From NCBI GenBank assembly GCA_048618745.1, contig JBMCCQ010000002.1, forward strand, positions 1 through 44,301: DNA of 44,301 nt, written 5' to 3'. The DNA is from Candidatus Nanoarchaeia archaeon (lineage in GTDB: Archaea > Nanobdellota > Nanobdellia > Woesearchaeales > DSVV01). Position 1 is the stretch's first letter. Every line of letters starts with the position of its first letter. Under the pieces are notes generated by a model that saw nothing but the letters and a program-made list of their open reading frames with translations, made no database searches and was not told where the DNA came from. The position numbers and the translations under genes were made by a program. Shown piece by piece: positions 1 through 8,691 of this stretch.

Positions 1-524
1 TATTTATTATCCAAATAAACAATCTCTGGCCTGTTTGTTTCTGTATCATAGAGAGCAAGAGTAAATTTGTCAAATATATCAAGCTTTTTGGCACCCATTA
101 TAGCCCCCGGATTCACATGTGTAGTTTTATTTGACATTTCAATATTTGCCATATGAGTGTGCCCGGAAGCTACTAAATCATATTTTCCTGAATCAATTAA
201 AAGCTTTAAAATAATGGGCTGATGACCGTGAGTAATTGCAATTCTCTTGTTATCGTAATCCCCTTCCCAGACACCTTCATCGCCCAACTCAATATTTAAC
301 CCTTCTCTTTTAATCTTCTCAAAATATGGATACCTGGCACCCTCATTATTGCCAAACACTGCCTTTATTGGGCAATTTAGTTTTTTAGTCGCTTCCAGCA
401 TAAATGGAGCCACCCAGTCTCCGCAATGCAGGACTAGTTCTACCTCATTTTTATTTAAGTACTCAAAAGCCCTTAAAGTATTTTTAATGCAGTCGTGTGT
501 ATCAGAAATAATCCCTATCTTCAT
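1..524 (-). CDS. Metallophosphoesterase, MJ0936/YfcE-like (N-terminus at 524; C-terminal end runs off the left edge)
   Basis: Hand translation of the reverse strand from ATG (522-524) gives MKIGIISDTHDCIKN. In the same frame, rc of 150-170 reads ASGHTHM. No in-frame stop down to position 3. It is absent from the ORF track only because the stop lies outside the window. Confidence 0.75.
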   Translation of the reverse strand, partial: MKIGIISDTHDCIKNTLRAFEYLNKNEVELVLHCGDWVAPFMLEATKKLNCPIKAVFGNNEGARYPYFEKIKREGLNIELGDEGVWEGDYDNKRIAITHGHQPIILKLLIDSGKYDLVASGHTHMANIEMSNKTTHVNPGAIMGAKKLDIFDKFTLALYDTETNRPEIVYLDNK

Positions 525-598
525 ATAAGATATAAAAGACTACGGATTTTTAAATATTTTGAAAACTTTTATTACTAAATACATTAACTTATATAATA

Positions 599-1087
599 AT
601 GAGAATTTACATCACAATATTACTGCTTTTAGCATTACTAAATGCCTGGATTATTTTTGCCACATTAGATTCAGGGCTTCTAGCAGACTCCACTTATGTT
701 GCTTTTTCACTCGTGTGCCATCAAAAGCCCGAGAGGTCCTTTCACCTTGCTGGCAGTCAAATGCCTGTATGTCAAAGATGCTTTGCAATTTATATGGGGG
801 CTTTTCTGGGCGGTCTTTTTTACAGCTTCTCCAATAAGATTCCATTATCCTATCTTTTTCTCGCTCTGCTGCCAATGGCAATAGATGGTGTAGGACAGCT
901 ATTTGGGGTTTGGCAAAGTAACTATCTTTCCAGGGTTTTTACAGGAGCCCTGGCAGGAGGGGCGGGGATGTTATTTATAATGCCAGCACTAATGGAGATT
1001 GTTGAGAGCTTAGTAAAATTTATAAAGAGGAAAATACAGAACTTTTTAATATTATTATTGAACTTCAAAAGAGGTAAAAATGAATAA
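599..1087 (+). CDS. DUF2085-family membrane protein
   Basis: CHQKPERSF...CQRC motif between hydrophobic helices, typical of DUF2085. Confidence 0.6.
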   Translation: MRIYITILLLLALLNAWIIFATLDSGLLADSTYVAFSLVCHQKPERSFHLAGSQMPVCQRCFAIYMGAFLGGLFYSFSNKIPLSYLFLALLPMAIDGVGQLFGVWQSNYLSRVFTGALAGGAGMLFIMPALMEIVESLVKFIKRKIQNFLILLLNFKRGKNE

Positions 1088-1511
1088 AATAAAACCAGCA
1101 GTTTTGGCATCGATTCCCGTTATAATATTATCTGTTACTCCTCTAGTTTCTATGGGTTGTTGTTTATGGAGTATTGGAGGTGGAATTCTGGCCTCATTTC
1201 TTTTATATAAGACAATCGGAAAAATAGATATTAAAGAAGGAACGCTTGTTGGCCTTATTACAGGTTTAATCTCAGGGACTGTAGTAGGTTTGATTCACAT
1301 AATATTAAGTATATCTTTTGGAACAGCAAACCAAATTCTCTCAGAGTTTCAGGGAACAGGCCTTTCACTAGAAACAATGGGTGTAATCGCATATGTCTTA
1401 AGCTTAGTGCTAAATATATTTGTCCTTGGTATTTTTTGTATGGTTGGTGGAGTAATTGGCGGCGCTATTTGGCAACAAACCCAGCCGCAAGGCCCAAAGA
1501 AGGTTAATTAA
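1080..1511 (+). CDS. Small polytopic membrane protein, unknown function
   Basis: GAGGT Shine-Dalgarno just upstream of the ATG at 1080. There is an 8-nt overlap with the upstream gene and 3-4 hydrophobic/Gly-rich helices. Confidence 0.5.
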   Translation: MNKIKPAVLASIPVIILSVTPLVSMGCCLWSIGGGILASFLLYKTIGKIDIKEGTLVGLITGLISGTVVGLIHIILSISFGTANQILSEFQGTGLSLETMGVIAYVLSLVLNIFVLGIFCMVGGVIGGAIWQQTQPQGPKKVN

Positions 1512-1537
1512 CCCTTTTGAAAAATTTTCCGCAGAAT

Positions 1538-1551
1538 TTATATTTATAAAA
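1538..1551 (+). promoter_or_regulatory. TATA-like box (tttatatttataaa) about 25 nt upstream of the ATG at 1569; leaderless-type archaeal promoter
   Basis: The sequence and its spacing to the ATG. No SD lies between the box and the start codon. Confidence 0.4.
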
Positions 1552-1568
1552 AAAATTCTACACCTATT

Positions 1569-2171
1569 ATGAGATGGTACCTATTAGATATGGATAATAC
1601 ACTCGTAGATGGGGAGATATATGGCCATATATATGATAATGTGATTTTTAGAACTTGCCAAGAAACTGGCTTGACCTTTAGAGAAATATCAGACATTGCC
1701 AACGCAGCAGGTTTAAAAAGAAACAGGAGAGGTAGGTGGGATACCGCAGATTTGACCTCCCTTTTAAACGTTTCAAATGTATATTATGATGAGCTTGAAA
1801 AAGCTATGACAAAGGATTTTGTAAACAAAAATGCCAGATACGTTATTGACACGCTCAGAAAGAGAGGTAAATACACTGGTGTTGTTTCCAACTCCAGAAT
1901 AAAAACGATTAATAAATTTTTAACCTATTATGAACTGTGGGTTGATTTAATCTATTCTTCAGAGCATGCGGGATGCAAAAAAGATAAAGACCAATACTGG
2001 CTGAAGCTGAGCGAATTTATTAACCCGGCTCAAAGTGTTATGATAGGGGATGATTATTATGAGGATGTGGTTATGCCCTCTAAACATGGCTTTAATACAT
2101 TCCATTATCAAAATAATTTATCGAATATCTTGGAATTAGAAAACAACTTCAGAGGGCTAAGAACAGCTTAA
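1569..2171 (+). CDS. HAD-superfamily hydrolase
   Basis: N-terminal LLDMDNTLVDG (DxDxT motif I), VVSNS (motif II-like), GDDYYEDV (motif IV-like). Confidence 0.7.
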   Translation: MRWYLLDMDNTLVDGEIYGHIYDNVIFRTCQETGLTFREISDIANAAGLKRNRRGRWDTADLTSLLNVSNVYYDELEKAMTKDFVNKNARYVIDTLRKRGKYTGVVSNSRIKTINKFLTYYELWVDLIYSSEHAGCKKDKDQYWLKLSEFINPAQSVMIGDDYYEDVVMPSKHGFNTFHYQNNLSNILELENNFRGLRTA

Positions 2172-2173
2172 AA

Positions 2174-2980
2174 CTATCGCTTTCTGACAAATTTTATCAA
2201 TGTGCTAAGTACAAACGTGAGCCCCAAGATAAGTACAATTGTTGCACCTGAAGCTAAATCATAAAAATAACTTAAAATAAGTCCGATTATGCCAGGAATT
2301 ACAGCAAAAACAACAGAAAAAATCATAATTGCGGGTAGTCTACTAAAATACTGACGGGAAATGACAGTGGGAATTGTTAATAAGGCAATCACCAAAATAA
2401 TACCAACCACCCTTATCATCATTATTATACTCAGAGCAACCATGCACAACAAAAGAATATACAATATATTAACAGGAAGCCCTGCAATCTTGCTGAATTC
2501 TTCATCAAAAGAGATTGCCCGTAACTCCTTGAAAAAAAATATGACAAGGCCTATTATTAAAACGTCAAGCACAAGCATCAAATAAATATCACTGGTTGGA
2601 ACTGTGAGAATTGACCCAAATAAAAAGCTGAATAAATCCGGAGTATATCCCGGAGTAAGACTAATAAAGAGTATTCCTAGGGCCATACCCATACTCCATA
2701 AAATGCCTATAGCAGAATCTTCTGTGATTTTAATTTTGTTTCTTGCAACTCCTATTCCAAGGGCTGATACGATACTAAAGGGGATAGCTGTTAAGATGGG
2801 ATTTATACCTAAAAGTAATCCAAGTCCTACACCTCCAAAAGCAGCATGCGCAATTCCTCCACTAATAAAAACCAGTCTTTTCAAAACAACATAAGTCCCG
2901 ACCACACCACAGCCGATTCCCACAAGAAAGGCAGCTATTATTGCATTCTGCATAAACTGGTATTCCAACATTTCAATCAC
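2174..2980 (-). CDS. znuB: Metal (Zn/Mn) ABC transporter permease, ABC-3/ZnuB family
   Basis: About 8 TM helices with typical ABC-3 composition. 4-nt overlap with the upstream ATPase gene. Sits in a znuA-znuC-znuB order operon. Confidence 0.75.
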   Translation of the reverse strand: MIEMLEYQFMQNAIIAAFLVGIGCGVVGTYVVLKRLVFISGGIAHAAFGGVGLGLLLGINPILTAIPFSIVSALGIGVARNKIKITEDSAIGILWSMGMALGILFISLTPGYTPDLFSFLFGSILTVPTSDIYLMLVLDVLIIGLVIFFFKELRAISFDEEFSKIAGLPVNILYILLLCMVALSIIMMIRVVGIILVIALLTIPTVISRQYFSRLPAIMIFSVVFAVIPGIIGLILSYFYDLASGATIVLILGLTFVLSTLIKFVRKR

Positions 2981-3732
2981 TTATGCTCACCCAGAACTCT
3001 GTGCGGTACGCCATGGGCAATTAATTCCACAGGGCATTTATAGCTCTTTGATAAATGATCAATTCCTTCCTGCGTCTCTCCATGATAATGTAGTGTCTTA
3101 TTTAAGCAGGCAATTTTATCCACATAGCTTGATATCATCCCAACATTGTGTGTTACAAGTATAATTGCGATTTTTTTATTGAGTTCCTTTAGTAAATTAT
3201 AAAACTTTGGCTGCCAGGCAGAATCTATACTTGAGACCGGCTCGTCCAGCACTAATGCCTTGGGAGAAACTGCCAGCGCTCTAGCAATAAGGATTCTTTG
3301 TCTCTCCCCTCCTGAAAGCTCTGCAATCTGTCTGTTTTTGTGCTTTTGCATTTCCACTTTTTTTAATGAATCAATAGCTGCGCGAAGGTCTGCCTTAGAA
3401 TAGCCCTTACCCATTTTCTTAATTTTAAGCCTGCCCATTAAAACCACATCCAGGACAGTCATAGGAAAATCAAAATCAAAAGAAAAATACTGCGGGACAT
3501 ATCCTAATTGCTCCCTGCCTTCCACTGGGCTTTTACCGAAAACTTCAATTAAGCCATTAGTGGGTGTAATTAGACCGAGTATTAGTTTTAATAAAGTGCT
3601 TTTACCGCCCCCGTTAGGCCCAATTATTCCCAGAAAATCCTGCTCATTCACGTTCATTGAAACATTTGTTAAAACATCCTGTCCTCTATAATAAGAAAAG
3701 GACACATTTTGTACTTTTATTATGGAAGCCAT
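2977..3732 (-). CDS. znuC: Metal ABC transporter ATP-binding protein (ZnuC-like)
   Basis: Walker [10 protein letters not shown], signature LSGGERQR, Walker B LVLDEP. The ORF track starts at 3759, but the ATG at 3732 ([12 protein letters not shown]) gives a canonical N-terminus and removes the overlap with znuA. Confidence 0.85.
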   Translation of the reverse strand: MASIIKVQNVSFSYYRGQDVLTNVSMNVNEQDFLGIIGPNGGGKSTLLKLILGLITPTNGLIEVFGKSPVEGREQLGYVPQYFSFDFDFPMTVLDVVLMGRLKIKKMGKGYSKADLRAAIDSLKKVEMQKHKNRQIAELSGGERQRILIARALAVSPKALVLDEPVSSIDSAWQPKFYNLLKELNKKIAIILVTHNVGMISSYVDKIACLNKTLHYHGETQEGIDHLSKSYKCPVELIAHGVPHRVLGEHK

Positions 3733-3739
3733 TGTATTT

Positions 3740-4549
3740 TCAGGACAGGGCATTAGCAAAGTTTAAGGTGTTATTGATATAATCCTTTTCAAGAGGGCTT
3801 ATAAGCACTATCTCCCCGTTAATCTCATTTGCAATTACTTGCGGTTTTTTTTTTGAAAACTGGGGAGAACTAAAAACAACACTTATATTATACTTCTTTG
3901 CAAGATCTATTGTGTCCTGCAAATCTCTGGCAGAAGGTTCTTTGCCCTCTTTCTCAACAGCAATCTGCGTCAGATTATAGTGCTCAGCAAAATTCTCCCA
4001 AGCACCATGGTAGACTAAAAAATAGGAAGGGTTATCCTCCTTTAGTTTCTGGGTTATTTCTTTATCCAGCTCTTCTAAATCTGCAATATATTTTTCAGTG
4101 TTATTTTTATAAAACTTCTCATACTCAGGCTCAAGGTTAACAAAACCCCTGTAAATATTACTTACAACCTTTTTGGCATTTTTTGGGCTTGTCCATAAAT
4201 GTGGTTCCACATAATTAATACCTTCTGAACTGTCTATAATAGTCATATTATTATTAACACTTTTCAGTTTATCAATCCAATTCTCTTCAAAATCAATACC
4301 ACTTCCGACCTTTATATATGCATCAGCATTTGAAACTTGGGCAATATCTTTTGGCGAAGGCTCATATGAATGAGGATTTGCACCCTCCGGAACCATTACA
4401 TAAACATTTATCCTATCCTCACCGACACTTTCTGCAAATGTATCATAGGGACTCGTGCTAACAATCACCTGTAATTTATCACTATCTTCAGAACTCTGGC
4501 AACCTGCTGCAATTAATAAAACTATCAATAAAATTATTATTCCTCTCAT
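3740..4549 (-). CDS. znuA: Metal-binding lipoprotein, ZnuA/TroA (cluster 9 SBP) family
   Basis: Internal ATG at 4549 gives MRGIIILLIVLLIAAGCQSS (signal peptide plus lipobox-like AAGC). The track ORF extends to 4726 and would overlap the neighbouring gene. TroA-like body (VSTSPY..., HSYEPSP, HGAWENF). Confidence 0.8.
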   Translation of the reverse strand: MRGIIILLIVLLIAAGCQSSEDSDKLQVIVSTSPYDTFAESVGEDRINVYVMVPEGANPHSYEPSPKDIAQVSNADAYIKVGSGIDFEENWIDKLKSVNNNMTIIDSSEGINYVEPHLWTSPKNAKKVVSNIYRGFVNLEPEYEKFYKNNTEKYIADLEELDKEITQKLKEDNPSYFLVYHGAWENFAEHYNLTQIAVEKEGKEPSARDLQDTIDLAKKYNISVVFSSPQFSKKKPQVIANEINGEIVLISPLEKDYINNTLNFANALS

Positions 4550-4605
4550 AGAGTGTACAAAAGACAAATGATTTAAATTTTTAACTGAAAAAAAAATAAA
4601 AATTG

Positions 4606-5379
4606 CTATTCTGTCATTTTCCTGAAAAATCTTGCAAGCTGGAAATAGCTTAATGTCAAAGTCAAAACACCTATTGTAAGATATGCCTGGTAAAACTCTC
4701 CGAAACTTACTATCGGAGCATAACAAGGCATATCACTTACCTGCACATACGGCAGATCATAGTTTCCGCATAATTCTTCATTATCCTGCAATTCCCCGTT
4801 TTTGCCGCAACAGCCATCATAGTGCTGCCCTACAAATAAGCTCATTGCCAAAATAATGGTTGCAATCATTGCAATAACCCATGGCTTCTTTTTAATATTC
4901 ACAATTAAAAAGTAAAGCGGGAATATCGCGAAAAGAACACAAACACCCAGCCCAAAATGACTTATAGATAACAATTTATCAAGCGGATACTCCATAAATG
5001 TAGGCTTGATAATATTCATTGCTATAAGGATTAAAAAAACTAATGAACTAAATGCAACCGAAAATGTCCCATTCAAAAATTTAGGTTTTTTCAGGTTAAG
5101 TTCATCTGTCAGCTTAGAGTATGCAAGAGGCAGGAAAAATGCCATGCCAGCAAGACCCAGTATGCCTGTAATACGCTCCAGCAAAGTTACCCCAATAATC
5201 TTGGTTATTAAAGCTGTTGTCGCCCAGAAAAAAAGCGAAAATCCAAAGCAGCTTAAATACATCCATCCGCGCAGGCCACCTTTACTGTATCTGAAAATCT
5301 GGTAAGCGAAAAACCCCATCAATACTCCGCCAAGGATTGCCAAGGTTCTGAAAATTATTGTAATCATGTTTATTTCCAT
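4606..5379 (-). CDS. 7-TM membrane protein with conserved Cys-rich loop, paralog 1 of 3 (family not recognised)
   Basis: GGTGA SD before the ATG. Seven hydrophobic segments. Loop GQHYDGCCGK...LCGNYDLPYVQVSDMPC lies between TM6 and TM7. Confidence 0.8.
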   Translation of the reverse strand: MEINMITIIFRTLAILGGVLMGFFAYQIFRYSKGGLRGWMYLSCFGFSLFFWATTALITKIIGVTLLERITGILGLAGMAFFLPLAYSKLTDELNLKKPKFLNGTFSVAFSSLVFLILIAMNIIKPTFMEYPLDKLLSISHFGLGVCVLFAIFPLYFLIVNIKKKPWVIAMIATIILAMSLFVGQHYDGCCGKNGELQDNEELCGNYDLPYVQVSDMPCYAPIVSFGEFYQAYLTIGVLTLTLSYFQLARFFRKMTE

Positions 5380-5510
5380 TCAATCACCATTTTTTAATTG
5401 ATAAGTTTAATCATGGCACAATTTTATTATAAATTTTTCCATATTTTGGGATATACATAATCACAATTTACGCACTTGTAAGAAAAAAACTACTAAAAGA
5501 ATAAAAAAAT

Positions 5511-6281
5511 TTAGTTGGTTATTTGCTTAAATCCCCTGGACAACTGGTAAAAACTTCCTGCCAAAAGCAGCACGCCAACAGTCAAGTAAGCCTGATACAT
5601 CTTGCCGAAATTCACTATTGGCTCAAAGCATGGTGCATCAGTTACCTGAACATAAGGTAAATCATAATCACCACACAAGCTATCATTATCCTCTAATTCT
5701 CCTTCTTTTGCGCAGCAACCGTCATAGTGCTGTCCAATCATTAAGCTTGAGAAAATAACAACTGTAGCAATTGTTGCAAGAATCCATGATGATTTTTTTA
5801 TGTTTTTTGAAAGCACATACAAGGGGATTAATGCAAACACCAGGGTTATTGCCAGTGTAAAATGACTTATTGATAACAATTTATCAAGAGGGTACTCCAG
5901 AAAAGTAGGCTTAAACACATTTAAAACCAAAAGCAACAAAAACACTGCTGCAGTTGAGCCTAACGAAATTTTAGCAGTAAACCATGATGGTTTAAGGTTA
6001 AGCTCATCGGTCATCTTAGCATAAGAATATGGGACAAACACAGCCATGCCCAGTAATCCAATGATTCCAGTAATACGCTCGAGAACTGTGACACCAATTA
6101 ATTTTGTAATCAGAGCACTAACCGCCCAAAAACAAAGAAACCCTCCATAAATCGCGATGTATTTCCAGCCCTTCAGCCCTCCTTTACTCAGGGTGTAAAT
6201 CTGAAATGCAAAGATTCCTATTAAAACACCGGCTAAAATTGCCAGTAATCTGAAAACAATTGTTACTGTATTTATTGCCAT
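5511..6281 (-). CDS. 7-TM membrane protein with conserved Cys-rich loop, paralog 2 of 3
   Basis: The ATG at 6281 (MAINTVTIVF) is preceded by GGTGAT and aligns with the N-termini of the other two paralogs. The track start at 6368 adds a non-homologous extension. Confidence 0.8.
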   Translation of the reverse strand: MAINTVTIVFRLLAILAGVLIGIFAFQIYTLSKGGLKGWKYIAIYGGFLCFWAVSALITKLIGVTVLERITGIIGLLGMAVFVPYSYAKMTDELNLKPSWFTAKISLGSTAAVFLLLLVLNVFKPTFLEYPLDKLLSISHFTLAITLVFALIPLYVLSKNIKKSSWILATIATVVIFSSLMIGQHYDGCCAKEGELEDNDSLCGDYDLPYVQVTDAPCFEPIVNFGKMYQAYLTVGVLLLAGSFYQLSRGFKQITN

Positions 6282-6392
6282 TGGATCACCTTTTTTAGTT
6301 AAATAGCAATAAAAAGACATATTGATAAATATAAATCTTTCCATAATAATTGCTTTATTTTCAAACAAAAAGATTTCAAAAATAACAAAAAG

Positions 6393-7163
6393 TTAGCCGT
6401 TTAACTTGCGAAATTCCCTTGCTATCAAGTAAAAGCTTACTGCTGCCATTAAAACTCCTACTCCCAGGTAAGATTGATAAAACTGACCCGTTTGTACCAT
6501 TGAACCATAACATGGAGCATCAGTTACTTGTACATAAGGCAGGCTATAACCCTCGCAGACACTTTCTTCCTGCATATCCCCATAATCTCCGCAACACCCT
6601 GCATAATGCTGGCCTACAAGCATACTGGCAGCTAAAATTATTGTACCCAATGTTAGTAACACCCAAGGCGCCTTCCTAATATTTTTTGTAAGAATTATTA
6701 AAGGTATCAAAGCAAGAACCATACTAAACCCAAGAGTAAAGTGAATTATCGCCAAAATTTTACTAACAGGATTATCCATAAAGGTAGGCTTCAACAAATT
6801 GTATACCAACAGTGCTACAATAACAACTGAAACAACAACAATTGAAAATTTTGTATTAAACCAACCAGGCTTTTTTAAGTTTAGCTCCCCCGAAAGTTTA
6901 GTGTATGCAGCAGGGATGTAATAAGACAACCCTAACAATCCAATAATACCGCAAATATATTCAAGAATTTTTACACCCATTAATTTTGTAAGTAACGCCG
7001 TAACAGCCCAAAAACAAAGAAACCCACCATAAATTGCGATGTACTTCCAGCCCTTCAGGCCGCCTTTACTGAATTTGTAAATCTGGTAGGCAAATACACC
7101 AATTAGTACGCCACCTAAAACTGCCAACAACCTAAATATTAATGTAATTGAATTTGTTTCCAT
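6393..7163 (-). CDS. 7-TM membrane protein with conserved Cys-rich loop, paralog 3 of 3
   Basis: AGGTGA SD. Collinear with paralogs 1 and 2. Loop GQHYAGCCGD...VCEGYSLPYVQVTDAPC. Confidence 0.8.
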   Translation of the reverse strand: METNSITLIFRLLAVLGGVLIGVFAYQIYKFSKGGLKGWKYIAIYGGFLCFWAVTALLTKLMGVKILEYICGIIGLLGLSYYIPAAYTKLSGELNLKKPGWFNTKFSIVVVSVVIVALLVYNLLKPTFMDNPVSKILAIIHFTLGFSMVLALIPLIILTKNIRKAPWVLLTLGTIILAASMLVGQHYAGCCGDYGDMQEESVCEGYSLPYVQVTDAPCYGSMVQTGQFYQSYLGVGVLMAAVSFYLIAREFRKLNG

Positions 7164-7232
7164 ATTTTCACCTTTTTTTAATTATCTGAAGATATGCTCC
7201 TTAAATACTTTTCTATAGATAGTACCTATGTG

Positions 7233-7262
7233 TGCAAAATCAGATTAACTCTTGCAAAATCA
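7233..7262. repeat. Direct repeat tgcaaaatca x2 (7233-7242 and 7253-7262), 20-bp periodicity, upstream of paralog 3
   Basis: Exact 10-mer read twice in the intergenic region 7164-7297. Confidence 0.5.
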
Positions 7263-7297
7263 AATGGCTTTTGTTAAAGAATTCAATATTAAAATAA

Positions 7298-7588
7298 TCA
7301 GCCCTGTTTCATGCACTCGCAAAGCTTATAGCCAGCATTTAAGGCGTCTTCTCTGGACCAGAATATGACCTTGTTTTTTGGCTGAATATTTTTAGCAAAA
7401 GGACAGGTTTCTACATGCACCTTGTTTCCTGATTTTGCCCCGATTAAAGTTTCTGCATTATAGCATCCGGTTCCATTTTTTAATGCATAAAGTTCTTGTC
7501 TAAGTTCAGAAATGACAGCCCTTAATTCAACTACTTCCCGCCTGACAGCACGAAAGGCGTCCTTTGTTTTTTTCTTATCAGCATACAT
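7298..7588 (-). CDS. Small coiled-coil protein with C-terminal Ada-type zinc-binding domain
   Basis: C-terminus VHVETCPFAKNIQPKNKVIFWSREDALNAGYKLCEC resembles the Ada_Zn_binding pattern (H/C...C...AGYxxCxxC). The ATG at 7588 is preceded by GGGTGG. The track uses a GTG at 7660. Confidence 0.55.
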   Translation of the reverse strand: MYADKKKTKDAFRAVRREVVELRAVISELRQELYALKNGTGCYNAETLIGAKSGNKVHVETCPFAKNIQPKNKVIFWSREDALNAGYKLCECMKQG

Positions 7589-7711
7589 GATTAACCACCC
7601 ATTATATTCATTAATTAGTGGTAAATCATAATCCTTTATAAATGTATCGGGTTTCGTCACTTGTTAAGAGATACGATGATTAGGGCACACCATACACTGA
7701 CAACAATAATC

Positions 7712-7721
7712 TTTTTAAATC
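7712..7721 (+). promoter_or_regulatory. TATA-like box (tttttaaatc) about 26 nt upstream of the ATG at 7742
   Basis: Sequence and spacing, with no SD. Supports 7742 as the real DHS start. Confidence 0.35.
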
Positions 7722-7741
7722 TAGGGCTAAAACAATACACT

Positions 7742-8680
7742 ATGAATGTAATAGATTTCAAATGGAAAAAAGGTATGAAAATAACCGAGTTTGTAAATGA
7801 CCTTGCAAACGTTGGATTTCAAAGTATTGAGCTTGCAAATGCCGCCCAAGCGATTGTCAAAATGAAAAAATCAGGTGCAAAAACCTATGTTACATTCACA
7901 TCCAACATGGTAACTTCAGGCCTGAGAGGATTTTTCGCCCAGTTAATCAGGTTAGGGATGTGCGATTGCATTGTTACAACTGTAGGGGCAATTGAAGAAG
8001 ATATAATGAAAGCGATGGGCGAGGAATTCAAGATAGGAGAATTTCAGCCTGATGATGTAGAATTATATGAAAAGGGCGTAAACAGGGTTGGTAACCTTTT
8101 TATAACAAATGAAAGTTATGAAAAATTTGAGGAAAAGGTAAAGCCCATACTTAACAACCTATATAAAAAGGATAACAGATGGTCAGTTTCCGGCATGCTT
8201 CTAGAAATAGGAAAAATGTTTGATGACAACGACTCAATACTTTGCCAGGCAGCAAAAAATAATGTGCCAGTGTTTTGCCCCGCAATTACTGACGGAAGCT
8301 TTGGCTTTCATTTATTTATGTTCCAGCAGGACCATCCTGATTTTGTAATAGATGTTGTAAAAGACTTTAAAAACATACTCTTTTCAACAACCCACGACGA
8401 CCGTAAAGGACTGATAAGTTTGGGGGGAGGTGTGAGCAAGCACCACGCAATCCTCGCATGCCTGCTTAACGGTGGAGTGGATTATGCAGTATACATGACA
8501 ACAGCAAGACACACTTCAGGCTCAATGAGCGGCGCGACAACAAAAGAAGCAAAAAGCTGGGGGAAAATAAAAGATGACTCAGATGCAGTCACAGTTATAG
8601 GCGATGTAACTATTACTTTTCCATTGGCAATGATTAAAGCATTGGAAACACTCCATGAGGAAGGTATTATCACTCAATAA
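7742..8680 (+). CDS. dys: Deoxyhypusine synthase
   Basis: Full-length DHS-like sequence (TSNMVTSGLR, AITDGSFG, GGGVSKHH with the catalytic Lys context). The track start at 7661 is a TTG with a non-homologous extension. Confidence 0.85.
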   Translation: MNVIDFKWKKGMKITEFVNDLANVGFQSIELANAAQAIVKMKKSGAKTYVTFTSNMVTSGLRGFFAQLIRLGMCDCIVTTVGAIEEDIMKAMGEEFKIGEFQPDDVELYEKGVNRVGNLFITNESYEKFEEKVKPILNNLYKKDNRWSVSGMLLEIGKMFDDNDSILCQAAKNNVPVFCPAITDGSFGFHLFMFQQDHPDFVIDVVKDFKNILFSTTHDDRKGLISLGGGVSKHHAILACLLNGGVDYAVYMTTARHTSGSMSGATTKEAKSWGKIKDDSDAVTVIGDVTITFPLAMIKALETLHEEGIITQ

Positions 8681-8691
8681 AATAGGTAAAG

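Noticed and set aside
4550-4726. 5' extension of the znuA ORF (59 extra residues) overlapping the 3' end of paralog 1
   Set aside because: The internal ATG at 4549 yields a textbook signal/lipobox N-terminus. The extension is non-homologous and would overlap the neighbouring gene by 121 nt.
6282-6368. 29-residue N-terminal extension of paralog 2
   Set aside because: It is not shared with paralogs 1 and 3. The ATG at 6281 has the same GGTGA SD context as the other two.
7661-7741. TTG-initiated 27-residue extension of deoxyhypusine synthase, and the similar 36174-36230 extension of the PP-loop gene
   Set aside because: The extensions contain the predicted TATA box (DHS) or overlap the sppA coding end. 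Downstream ATGs give canonical N-termini.
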